Of a stretch of 64,000 nt of DNA, positions 10,399 through 18,189 are shown piece after piece. The notes under the pieces were generated by a model. That model had not been told where the DNA came from and did not search any database. It was given only the letters and a program-made list of their open reading frames with translations. This DNA comes from Nitrospirota bacterium (GTDB lineage Bacteria > Nitrospirota > UBA9217): NCBI GenBank assembly GCA_963790205.1, contig CAWBNQ010000005.1:64001-128000 (forward strand), read 5' to 3'. Positions within the stretch are counted from its first letter, which is position 1. Each line of letters begins with the position of its first letter. A program made the translations under genes and the position numbers.

Positions 10399-11997
10399 GT
10401 GCTCAAAAACTTCAAATTAAGTTTGCCAACGAAAGATAAAGGCAACGTCGAGATCGAAACGTCCAACAGCTTATTGTTTGTCGGAGCAAACGGTTCTGGT
10501 AAAACGCGACTCGGAACCTGGATAGAGTTTCACTCGCCGGGGGCTTTGAAAGTGCATCGTATTTCTGCACAAAAATCACTTTCGATGCCCGACACAACAA
10601 CGCCGACATCAATCGATCTGGCAGAAACAGATCTTCTATTTGGCGAACCAACGCACGGAAGACAAAATAAGCAGGCGTATCGATGGGGTAATAAACCTGC
10701 GTTGTTGTTGCTGAACGATTTTCAAAAGCTAATGGTCTATCTCTTTTCTGACCATACCGAGGAAAGCGCCAAATATCTTGCTCAATCGAAGGCGACAGAT
10801 ATGAGGGTATCTCCGCCAACGACAAAGCTTGATAAAGTGAAAGAGGTATGGGAAAGGATACTTCCCCATCGAGAACTTATTATTGGTGGTTTGCGAATTC
10901 AAACAAGGGTAGCTGGCCAAACGAATATCTATAATGCATCAGAAATGAGTGATGGTGAAAGAGTTGTCTTTTACCTGATAGGCCAATGTTTGGCAGCACC
11001 GCAAGATGGGGTCATAGTAATCGACGAGCCAGAATTACATTTACATAAATCTATTCAAGGCCCACTTTGGTCAGAAATTGAAAAAATGCGGCCTGATTGT
11101 CTTTTTATTTATCTCACGCATGATGTTGATTTTGCGGCAGGGAAGGAAATTACAAAGAAGATTTGGCTAAAATCGTTTGATGGAACTAGTTGGGAGTGGG
11201 AATTAATTAATCCCGACCACGGTCTTCCAGAAGAACTTAACTTGGAAATACTTGGTAGCAGAAAACCGGTCGTTTTTGTTGAAGGCGAAAGCGGAAGTTA
11301 CGACACAGGCCTTTATTCTGCTATTCTTCCCGGTTATCTTGTCATCCCGCGTGGCAGTTACATCCAGGTAATCCAGTCCGTTAAGGCTCTAAAGGCAAAT
11401 CCTCAACTGCACCACTTGAACGTTTATGGAATTATTGATCGCGATAGACGTGTGCCGGCGGAAATATCAGCACTGGAGCAGGATTCAATTTTTGTCCTTG
11501 GTGTTGCAGAGGTTGAGAATCTATTCTGCACACGAGAGGTCCTTCAGATAGTCAGTAACCGTTTAGACCGCGATGTTAATGTTGATTTTCAAAACGTTTC
11601 TGATGCAGTGTTCACGAAAGTGCAATCTGAGCTAGACACTCAAGTATCGCTTCGAGTAGTTGGCGAAATAAAGTTTCAACTCAATATGATAGACGAGAAG
11701 GCTAAAGGAGTAGCGGCGCTGACTACCGCACTACAGTCTCTGACGAGCGGAATAGATGTAGCTCGCATCTATTCTAGCACGCTAGCCGACTTCAATAATG
11801 TGATTTCAAAGAAAGACTATGACGCACTACTGGCGCTTTATAATCGCAAATCGCTCTCAGCCCAGGTGAGCAGTGTTCTTGGTTTGGCTAATGGTGGTCT
11901 GCCTGAATTTGTAGTTCGCCTCGCTAAAGGTACTTCTCGCATAGATATTATTAACTCGATGAAGAAATATTTTGGAAATTTCGCTCCTTATATGTAA
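10399..11997 (+). CDS. cassette 1: fused ABC-type ATPase and TOPRIM (DUF4435-like), candidate PARIS-like defence protein
   Basis: Walker A GANGSGKT, signature MSDGE, Walker B IVIDEPELHLH, H-loop LTHD; TOPRIM FVEG..D, GIIDRD, EVENL. Confidence 0.8.
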   Translation: MLKNFKLSLPTKDKGNVEIETSNSLLFVGANGSGKTRLGTWIEFHSPGALKVHRISAQKSLSMPDTTTPTSIDLAETDLLFGEPTHGRQNKQAYRWGNKPALLLLNDFQKLMVYLFSDHTEESAKYLAQSKATDMRVSPPTTKLDKVKEVWERILPHRELIIGGLRIQTRVAGQTNIYNASEMSDGERVVFYLIGQCLAAPQDGVIVIDEPELHLHKSIQGPLWSEIEKMRPDCLFIYLTHDVDFAAGKEITKKIWLKSFDGTSWEWELINPDHGLPEELNLEILGSRKPVVFVEGESGSYDTGLYSAILPGYLVIPRGSYIQVIQSVKALKANPQLHHLNVYGIIDRDRRVPAEISALEQDSIFVLGVAEVENLFCTREVLQIVSNRLDRDVNVDFQNVSDAVFTKVQSELDTQVSLRVVGEIKFQLNMIDEKAKGVAALTTALQSLTSGIDVARIYSSTLADFNNVISKKDYDALLALYNRKSLSAQVSSVLGLANGGLPEFVVRLAKGTSRIDIINSMKKYFGNFAPYM

Positions 11998-12054
11998 TAA
12001 CCAGCGGGTCGAGTCCGACGCGCAAAAGGCGCGCGTCTCACCCGCGCGTTGGTC
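11995..12054 (+). repeat. attC site 1 (60 bp)
   Basis: TAATAAC..GCGGGT(C)GAG/CTCACCCGC..GTTGGTC imperfect palindrome with an extrahelical base. Confidence 0.88.
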
Positions 12055-12066
12055 CATGGAGGAAAC

Positions 12067-12285
12067 ATGGAGAAAAATGAGTTGGAGAAAATGATGGTTC
12101 TATTCACTGACGGTAGCGGCTTTGGAGATCCAGAGGCCCGGCGGAATGCTGAGCTACGCCTTCAGGTCTTACTTGCTCAACAACAAGGCAAAACTGCAAG
12201 CCGACTCAACCTACTAACTTTTTTGCTGGTGATTGTTGGGTTGCTTAATGCTGTAATACTTGCAGTTCAAGTCTGGGGCAAGTGA
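12067..12285 (+). CDS. cassette 2 gene A: small protein with C-terminal TM helix (72 aa)
   Basis: GGAGG RBS directly after the attC core; hydrophobic C-terminus. Confidence 0.7.
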   Translation: MEKNELEKMMVLFTDGSGFGDPEARRNAELRLQVLLAQQQGKTASRLNLLTFLLVIVGLLNAVILAVQVWGK

Positions 12286-12306
12286 TATGGCACGGGAGAA
12301 ATAAAG

Positions 12307-12753
12307 ATGGATAGCTCAATTCTTGTCGCAGTTATAACCGCATCAGGCAGTGTACTTCTAGCCGCATTGACTTTTTATCTTACCAAAAAACATCAACTCA
12401 AAGTCGAGTGGCAGAAAGAGAAGCTCAATCATTATAAAGTAATGCTATCATCACTTTCCGATCTAGCGGTTGATGGAACGGACAAGAAAGATGCGAACAT
12501 GCGTTTTTCTCTAGCTGTTAACACTATAGCGCTGGTTGCCCCGCAATACGTCATAGCTGCATTAATGGCATTTCACGACGAGGTTAAATTCACAAATCCA
12601 AATAAATCACCTGAAAAACATGACGAACTATTAAATCTACTTCTTCTCGCCATCAGAAAAGATATTGGGTTGTCAGAAAAGGATGATCCTGCATCATTTT
12701 CATTTCACCTGATAGGAGCTGTACCCACCAAACCGCTTCATCGGTCACGGTGA
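12307..12753 (+). CDS. cassette 2 gene B: hypothetical protein with N-terminal TM helix
   Basis: GGAG RBS, 148-aa ORF, hydrophobic N-terminus. Confidence 0.75.
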   Translation: MDSSILVAVITASGSVLLAALTFYLTKKHQLKVEWQKEKLNHYKVMLSSLSDLAVDGTDKKDANMRFSLAVNTIALVAPQYVIAALMAFHDEVKFTNPNKSPEKHDELLNLLLLAIRKDIGLSEKDDPASFSFHLIGAVPTKPLHRSR

Positions 12754-12802
12754 AAAATGATTCTCATTCGTAATGCAACCGCGACAGTCCAAAATGAGCG
12801 AG

Positions 12803-12862
12803 TTCCAACCTGGGGGTCCACAGCGTCGCGCCCGAAATCGGCGCGTGACCCCCGTGTTAATC
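12803..12862 (+). repeat. attC site 2 (60 bp)
   Basis: TTCCAAC..GGGGGTC(C)AC..GTGACCCCC..GTTAATC. Confidence 0.88.
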
Positions 12863-12878
12863 CTGAAAAGAGGTAGTC

Positions 12879-13769
12879 GTGATTTTTACGAAGATAGCGA
12901 AATATATACTAGTCATTTTATTAATAAGCGCCTTCTATCCGATTGCCATATTTTCTGCGGAGACCAAAGTTAAAGAAGTGATATTAATTGCGGGTAAGTG
13001 GGGCAATAACGACGGCGAATTTGGTAAGGAATCGTTAGGCAAAACAGAGGTCGGATACTCGTTAGATTTTGCCCTTTACAGAGGCGAGATTTATATCTTC
13101 GACACGATGAATAATCGGATTCAAGTATTCGACTTGAACGGCAATTTTGTTAGGAAGATTCCGCTCGCTTTTGATTGGATCAAAGAAGGGATGACCTGGC
13201 GGTTCGCTATCTTAAATAAAAACTTCTTTGCATTGGTGGCTCCCGCTCCTCATTACTCTGTCCTAAATGATCAAATTTATGAAATATCTCCATCGGGCAA
13301 GATTTTAAAGAAATTTGGCATCAAACAGCTTAATTTGCAGTCAGAAGAATATTTTTCAAATATATCGAGCGATGAGGCGGACGGTTTCATTAAATGCACG
13401 ATAGCCTCCTCGGACATGGCTGCTCTTTACGACGTCAATGGTAATTTTATTAAATATGATAAGAAAACAAGTGACGATCGTTTCGCTTGGCATGACAAAG
13501 AAGGGACTCAATATAGGATCAAATCAAATAATTCTCACAAGAAATACTTTGGAATAGAAACAACTGTTCAAATCGAAAATCCAAAGAATGGCATAAAAAT
13601 AAATCATTCAATTCATGGTGATGTAAAAGTCGAGAAGAATAATAAAACGACCTTCATTAAGTATCTCGGTAATTATTATGAAAAGTTTTCGGTCGACTCA
13701 GATGGCGCTATTTATCATTTTATCGCTGTCGACGATGGCGTCATTTTGCGTCGCTTAATTTGGAAATGA
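12879..13769 (+). CDS. cassette 3: secreted protein with NHL/beta-propeller-like repeat
   Basis: signal peptide; GEIYIFDTMNNRIQVFDLNGNFV NHL-like motif; AT-rich. Confidence 0.75.
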   Translation: MIFTKIAKYILVILLISAFYPIAIFSAETKVKEVILIAGKWGNNDGEFGKESLGKTEVGYSLDFALYRGEIYIFDTMNNRIQVFDLNGNFVRKIPLAFDWIKEGMTWRFAILNKNFFALVAPAPHYSVLNDQIYEISPSGKILKKFGIKQLNLQSEEYFSNISSDEADGFIKCTIASSDMAALYDVNGNFIKYDKKTSDDRFAWHDKEGTQYRIKSNNSHKKYFGIETTVQIENPKNGIKINHSIHGDVKVEKNNKTTFIKYLGNYYEKFSVDSDGAIYHFIAVDDGVILRRLIWK

Positions 13770-13781
13770 TCATGAGTATAT

Positions 13782-13841
13782 TTTTAACATCGCGGTCCAC
13801 AGCGACGCGCCAAAAGGCGGCGCGTGACCGCGGCGTTAAAA
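13782..13841 (+). repeat. attC site 3 (60 bp)
   Basis: TTTTAAC..CGCGGTC(C)AC..GTGACCGCG..GTTAAAA; similar to attC1 and attC2. Confidence 0.9.
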
Positions 13842-13862
13842 TCTAACCAATCGGAGGCTGTG

Positions 13863-14085
13863 ATGATTAACCAAGCACAGCAGACCAATAAAATATATGC
13901 GAGAATGAGCTTGTTCGGTCTAATCGGATTCATAATATTCTTTTGTGGATATTGGATAGTAGCACCTACCCATATAGTAGCTAAACCCCTATGCCGGTCC
14001 TCCACAATTAATGACTTGTCTTCTTCTTGGCTGTATAGGTCTTGTACTTGGCGCATTGGCAAGTTTGGTTCGTAGAAAGCAATAA
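13863..14085 (+). CDS. cassette 4 gene A: small two-TM membrane protein, probable frameshift near 13978
   Basis: GGAGG RBS; first TM in the initial frame, second TM (LMTCLLLGCIGLVLGALASLVRRKQ) in the +1 frame. Confidence 0.55.
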
Positions 14086-14130
14086 TTTATCAAGTAACTT
14101 CCTTTCCGCGTTGCCCTCGGATAATTCAAT

Positions 14131-14167
14131 TTGACAAAGCATTATTTAATATTTACAATGTAAATAT
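14131..14167 (+). promoter_or_regulatory. TA promoter with overlapping palindromic operator
   Basis: TTGACA-N17-TACAAT; perfect inverted repeat ATATTTACA-A-TGTAAATAT at 14149-14167. Confidence 0.8.
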
Positions 14168-14450
14168 GAAATTAACCTTCGATTGGGACAAGGAAAAGAG
14201 CGCATCAAACCGAAAGAAGCATGGCATTTCTTTCGATGAGGCGCAGACGGTATTTCTTGATGAGAATGCATTGATGATACACGATCCGGACCATTCCGCA
14301 GACGAGGACCGTTTTATCATCCTGGGATTAAGCGTCAAGTTCAGAGTTTTGGTTGTTTGTCACTGCTATCGAAAAAGCAATGAGGTTATAAGAATCATAT
14401 CCGCTCGAAAAGCAACGCGTACAGAACAGAAACGATATTGGGGAAGGTGA
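14166..14450 (+). CDS. brnT: BrnT family toxin
   Basis: FDWDKEK..NRKKHGISFDEA..EDRF..IRIISARKAT. Confidence 0.92.
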   Translation: MKLTFDWDKEKSASNRKKHGISFDEAQTVFLDENALMIHDPDHSADEDRFIILGLSVKFRVLVVCHCYRKSNEVIRIISARKATRTEQKRYWGR

Positions 14451-14455
14451 TCAAA

Positions 14456-14671
14456 ATGAGAAAAGAATACGATTTTTCAAAAGCACAAAAGAATCCTTAT
14501 GCACGCCGACTGAAGAGACAAGTCACCCTCCGGATGGATGAAGGCACAATAAGCTATTTCAAAACTCTGGCACAAGAGATCGGCGTTCCCTATCAAACGT
14601 TGATAAATCTTTACCTCCGAGATTGTGCAGCCTCGCACAAGAAGCTGGCGCTTCACTGGAAAACCGCATAA
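14456..14671 (+). CDS. brnA: BrnA family antitoxin
   Basis: MRKEYDFS..VTLRMD..YFK..GVPYQTLINLYL. Confidence 0.9.
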   Translation: MRKEYDFSKAQKNPYARRLKRQVTLRMDEGTISYFKTLAQEIGVPYQTLINLYLRDCAASHKKLALHWKTA

Positions 14672-14674
14672 AGA

Positions 14675-14726
14675 TTTTAACGAATCATTCGAGCCGCCCC
14701 GAGAGCGGCTCGATTCGTCGTTATAC
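14675..14726 (+). repeat. attC site 4 (short, 52 bp)
   Basis: TTTTAAC..TCGAGCCGC/GCGGCTCGA..GTTATAC; inverse core is the exact complement of GTTAAAA at 13835. Confidence 0.75.
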
Positions 14727-14738
14727 TCAGGAGGTTCT

Positions 14739-15674
14739 ATGCATACGCGGCGACGCTTTTTCCCAGGGCTTATTGCTGCTGCCCTGTTGCTTTCCCTCTG
14801 CGCTCCCGGCTATTCCGGAGGATATTACAAATGGACGGATGAGGACGGGAACCTTCATATCTCGGACTCGCTGGGAGACGTTCCCGAGAAGTATCGGAGT
14901 CAGATCGAGCACAAAACGTATGAAAACGAATCACCTTCATCAGCCGAGCAATCTGGTGGCGCCCCTTCTTCGCGAGATCAGCGGGCCGCTGAAAAAGGGG
15001 AGGAAAAGCAGCCGCTGAGATACGTGGTCCCGTACGTGCCTTATGAGAGGTCGGCAAAGCGCGTTATTATTAAGGTCGTATTCAATGGTTCCGTGACCGC
15101 CCCGATGGCGATCGACACAGGTGCGCCGGGCACGGTCATATCCTCCTCCCTTGCAAAAAAACTCGGGCTGTTCGATGAAGGGCAGGGAAGACTGCTCATT
15201 ACGACGGGCGGGATCGGCGGTTCGGCCCCGGCGGTGCGGTCGATCATCGATACGATCCAGGCCGGAGGGGCGAAAATCGAGTTCGTCCCGGTCACGATCA
15301 TCGCCCGGATCTCCGATGCATTTGACGGGCTCCTGGGCTTGGATTTTGTTTCGAATTACTCCGTGACGATCGATTCAAAACGGAAGATGGTAGTATTTGA
15401 AGAGCTTCCCCGGGACCCGGACCATCCCGGCGGTCATGATCGGGAGTGGTGGGCCTCCCTGTTCAGGGAGTTTGCCGCCTCGCGCGCCACCTGGAAGGCC
15501 TACAGCGAGGCCCTCGATCAGAAGATCCGGGATTCCATGCGCTCCATCGAGAACGAGGACACGGCCAGGAAGGCCTTCGCCGAGGATCAATACCGGGAGT
15601 CCGAAAAACTTTTTGACAAGCTTGACCGATATGCACGGGAGAACTCCGTCCCGATGTCCTGGAAGCAGTATTGA
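14739..15674 (+). CDS. secreted retropepsin-like aspartyl protease with N-terminal DUF4124-like domain
   Basis: signal peptide, YKWTDEDGNLHISD, AIDTGA and DGLLGLDF motifs; AGGAGG RBS. Confidence 0.85.
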   Translation: MHTRRRFFPGLIAAALLLSLCAPGYSGGYYKWTDEDGNLHISDSLGDVPEKYRSQIEHKTYENESPSSAEQSGGAPSSRDQRAAEKGEEKQPLRYVVPYVPYERSAKRVIIKVVFNGSVTAPMAIDTGAPGTVISSSLAKKLGLFDEGQGRLLITTGGIGGSAPAVRSIIDTIQAGGAKIEFVPVTIIARISDAFDGLLGLDFVSNYSVTIDSKRKMVVFEELPRDPDHPGGHDREWWASLFREFAASRATWKAYSEALDQKIRDSMRSIENEDTARKAFAEDQYRESEKLFDKLDRYARENSVPMSWKQY

Positions 15675-15759
15675 ACATGCGTTTTGATCATGTCAAAAGA
15701 ACGGTTTGATGTTTACGCGGGTAGCCTGCCGTCAAGCAGCCGTGCCCAACCGCTTCTGT

Positions 15760-16554
15760 TCACGCCTGTTTCTTGTTCACGTGCTCATGATTGAAGATAT
15801 GCTCCATGCAGTACCCCAGTCCGCCGCAGTCGGAGCAGTAGCGGAACTCCATTTGAGGATGCGAGATGTCCGTTTTGCCGCAGGTCGCGCAGGTGTGAAA
15901 CGCTTCCCGTTTGCCCGAGAACTGCCGGGCCTGCTCCGCCATGCGCCGCTTCCCGGTCTTCATCCTCCAGGAGATGTCCTTGCCGAAGAAGAGGAGGAAG
16001 TTGCTGATCGAGGCGAGCACGAGCAGGCGCGTGCTGCCGGGGCCGAAGATAAGCTCATAAGCGTAGCCGATCCAGGTCAGGAGCGCCAGCCACTTGATCT
16101 TCACCGGGAGTATGAAGAAGATATAGAGCTGGAAATCGGGGTAGAGGAACGCGAAGGCCAGGAACACCGAGCCTCCGATAAAGAGGTTCGTCGCGGCGAT
16201 AGTAGGGGAAGAGAAACGACACGGCCACGGTGACGACATACCCGACCAGGAGGTACAGACGTTGTACCGGAACGCGCCCCAATGGCCTTCCAGGGCGCTC
16301 CCCATGAGATAGAACATGTACCACGCGAAAAGAATGAAGATCGGGCTCGTGACCGGCGGTATGAACAGGAACGTGATGAGCCGCCACCATTCGCCCGCCA
16401 GCACGAGAGCGGGAATGAGCACCACGCGGTCGAGCATGAACCTGCCCGACATCTCGAACACGAAAAAGAGCACCTGCCCCAGGATGAGATAGAGCGTGAC
16501 ATTCGGTATCGCGTAGCGGCGTAACTTTCTTTCCAGCCGGTCAAGCAGGCCCAT
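15760..16554 (-). CDS. conserved multi-TM membrane protein with C-terminal Cys/His zinc-binding cluster
   Basis: GEWWRLITFLFIP, LPVKIKWL, HTCATCG..FRYCSDC..YCMEH; compensating frameshifts at about 16200-16260. Confidence 0.8.
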   Translation of the reverse strand: MGLLDRLERKLRRYAIPNVTLYLILGQVLFFVFEMSGRFMLDRVVLIPALVLAGEWWRLITFLFIPPVTSPIFILFAWYMFYLMGSALEGHWGAFRYNVCTSWSGMSSPWPCRFSSPTIAATNLFIGGSVFLAFAFLYPDFQLYIFFILPVKIKWLALLTWIGYAYELIFGPGSTRLLVLASISNFLLFFGKDISWRMKTGKRRMAEQARQFSGKREAFHTCATCGKTDISHPQMEFRYCSDCGGLGYCMEHIFNHEHVNKKQA

Positions 16555-16585
16555 GATTCATACTCCCTCTGATTGATATATTTCT

Positions 16586-16614
16586 TGGCCACAAAAGGCA
16601 CATAATTCACAAAA
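16586..16614 (+). repeat. left inverted repeat of the GxxExxY module
   Basis: TGGCCACAAAAGGCACATAATTCACAAAA; contains the gene's stop codon. Confidence 0.8.
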
Positions 16615-16984
16615 TGAGCTTCTTAATTTCTATCTTTGGAGAACCAAAATTAATCAGCAGAGCATGGCGCTGATTCGACGCCCTCAGATATCCCAGAACC
16701 TGGGCCGTATGCTCTGCAGCAAGCGCTTTGCAAGCCTTGAGTTCAATGATCAGACAGCCCTCGAAAAATAAGTCGGCGTAGTAATCTCCAAGAACCGTTC
16801 CGTCTTCGTCCATCACCTTGAGAGGATGTTGTTGCTCAACACGAAATCCTGACTTTTGCAGCCTATGAGCCAGTCCATTCTCATATATTTTTTCCAGGTG
16901 CCCATGACGAAGATAGGCATGCAGGTCAAAGGCAACTTGCCTGATCTGATCGCAAAACTCTAAGATGTCTTTTTCATTTTTCAA
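16607..16984 (-). CDS. GxxExxY protein (PD-(D/E)xK nuclease fold)
   Basis: GHLEKIY motif, ADL..IIELKA, QVLGYL..LLINFG; probable TTG start at 16984. Confidence 0.9.
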   Translation of the reverse strand: MKNEKDILEFCDQIRQVAFDLHAYLRHGHLEKIYENGLAHRLQKSGFRVEQQHPLKVMDEDGTVLGDYYADLFFEGCLIIELKACKALAAEHTAQVLGYLRASNQRHALLINFGSPKIEIKKLIL

Positions 16985-16985
16985 T

Positions 16986-17014
16986 TTTTGTGCTCTCTGT
17001 GCCTTATGTGGCCA
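16986..17014 (-). repeat. right inverted repeat of the GxxExxY module
   Basis: reverse complement TGGCCACATAAGGCACAGAGAGCACAAAA; 24/29 identical to the left repeat. Confidence 0.8.
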
Positions 17015-17019
17015 TAATT

Positions 17020-17694
17020 TCAATCGAGCGGCAGGTCCCTGCCGTTTATCGATCGCAACACGCCATGCGGCCCGAATTCCGCGCTCATCTGCTCGGCTGA
17101 TTCCAGCACGCATTGAATGAGCGATCCCTGTTCCGTAAAGGGCAGTCCCTTCGACCGGAGATAGGAAACGACGGCGTTCCGATGGTCAAGCTCGTAGAGC
17201 GCCATCAGGTTCGTGAACTGCCGGGAAAGCCCGGCGACATCGAATCCCGGCTGTCGTTCGAGCTCCCCGCCGAAGAGCAGCAGGAACGACGCGCCGCCGT
17301 CATAGGAATCCTGATAATAGCAGCTTGCCCCGCACACCTCTGAGGCGATCAGGGAAAAGACGTGGCCGTCGGCTTTCTCGAGATCAACGGCGGGAACGGT
17401 ACATTCCGGGATGCCTGCTTTCGCTCCCCACTCTTTCATGTGCAACGATGACGTGAGCAGGTCGGAGTTGATATCCTCCTGCTCATCGGCCCATGCCCAG
17501 AGCCAGTTCAGCGTGTTGTCGGATTCCGTGCCGAGCACCTGAAAGCGGAACTCGGGCCCGTCGCTGAAATGGAGCCTGCCTGCGTCGAAATCGACGTTTA
17601 CGACCATTTGTCCCTCGATCAGACGGGCCAGCTTCTCCTGTTTCTCGAGCGAGATCAGGGCATATTTTTCGAGATATTCCGCAAGTGCGTTCAT
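17020..17694 (-). CDS. hypothetical protein, DUF6882-like
   Basis: QVLGTES..WLWAWA motif; AAGG RBS before MNALAEY. Confidence 0.65.
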   Translation of the reverse strand: MNALAEYLEKYALISLEKQEKLARLIEGQMVVNVDFDAGRLHFSDGPEFRFQVLGTESDNTLNWLWAWADEQEDINSDLLTSSLHMKEWGAKAGIPECTVPAVDLEKADGHVFSLIASEVCGASCYYQDSYDGGASFLLLFGGELERQPGFDVAGLSRQFTNLMALYELDHRNAVVSYLRSKGLPFTEQGSLIQCVLESAEQMSAEFGPHGVLRSINGRDLPLD

Positions 17695-17742
17695 TCTATT
17701 CCTTACCCTGTTGTGCGACAGGACGGCCAACGGCCTGCTCGA

Positions 17743-18132
17743 TCAGCCGTACACGTGGCCGGCGATGCTCCAGCCCTGGAACTGGTGTATCTCGTCAGCA
17801 GCGGATTTTGCGCGCGTCCTCACGTATTCATCGGCATCACGAAGGGCGGATTCGATAAGAGGTTTCACCGCCCCTTCGTCCAGGGCGCGAAAGCGCCGGG
17901 CAAGGTGTCCGAGGCTCATGATCGCATTGCCGCGTACTTTGTTGTGCCGGTGACGGGAAAGCGTAAGGCAGACTTCCTGTGCGGCAGTCTGGTCGGGGCA
18001 GGCCAGGGCCACCGTGACCGAGACCATCTGAAGCTCATGCGGATCGTTCCGCTCTATCGCGGCGTCAATGTCGGCCGCCGTGAAGTGTTCGAGGTCCTGA
18101 AATCTTGTTATCACGGTCGCATCATACCTCAT
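17743..18132 (-). CDS. small HEAT-repeat-like protein
   Basis: VRGNAIMSLGHLA and ALRDADEYVR helical repeats. Confidence 0.7.
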   Translation of the reverse strand: MRYDATVITRFQDLEHFTAADIDAAIERNDPHELQMVSVTVALACPDQTAAQEVCLTLSRHRHNKVRGNAIMSLGHLARRFRALDEGAVKPLIESALRDADEYVRTRAKSAADEIHQFQGWSIAGHVYG

Positions 18133-18189
18133 GCGCAGAACCGCGTCAAGAAAGTATCACCTCGCAATGAAGGCAGGTCTGTTCCGCGC

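Larger units (their letters stand above)
8807..14726. mobile_element. complete integron: intI, attI and four attC-bounded cassettes
   Basis: intI divergent from AT-rich cassette ORFs separated by attC hairpins. Confidence 0.92.

Noticed and set aside
11995..14726. Recurring ~60-bp repeats as a CRISPR array
   Set aside because: They are separated by whole genes, have attC structure, and no cas genes are present.
16985..17113. N-terminal extension of the GxxExxY ORF given in the track
   Set aside because: It overlaps the upstream gene and runs through the repeat; the TTG at 16984 gives the typical ~125-aa size.
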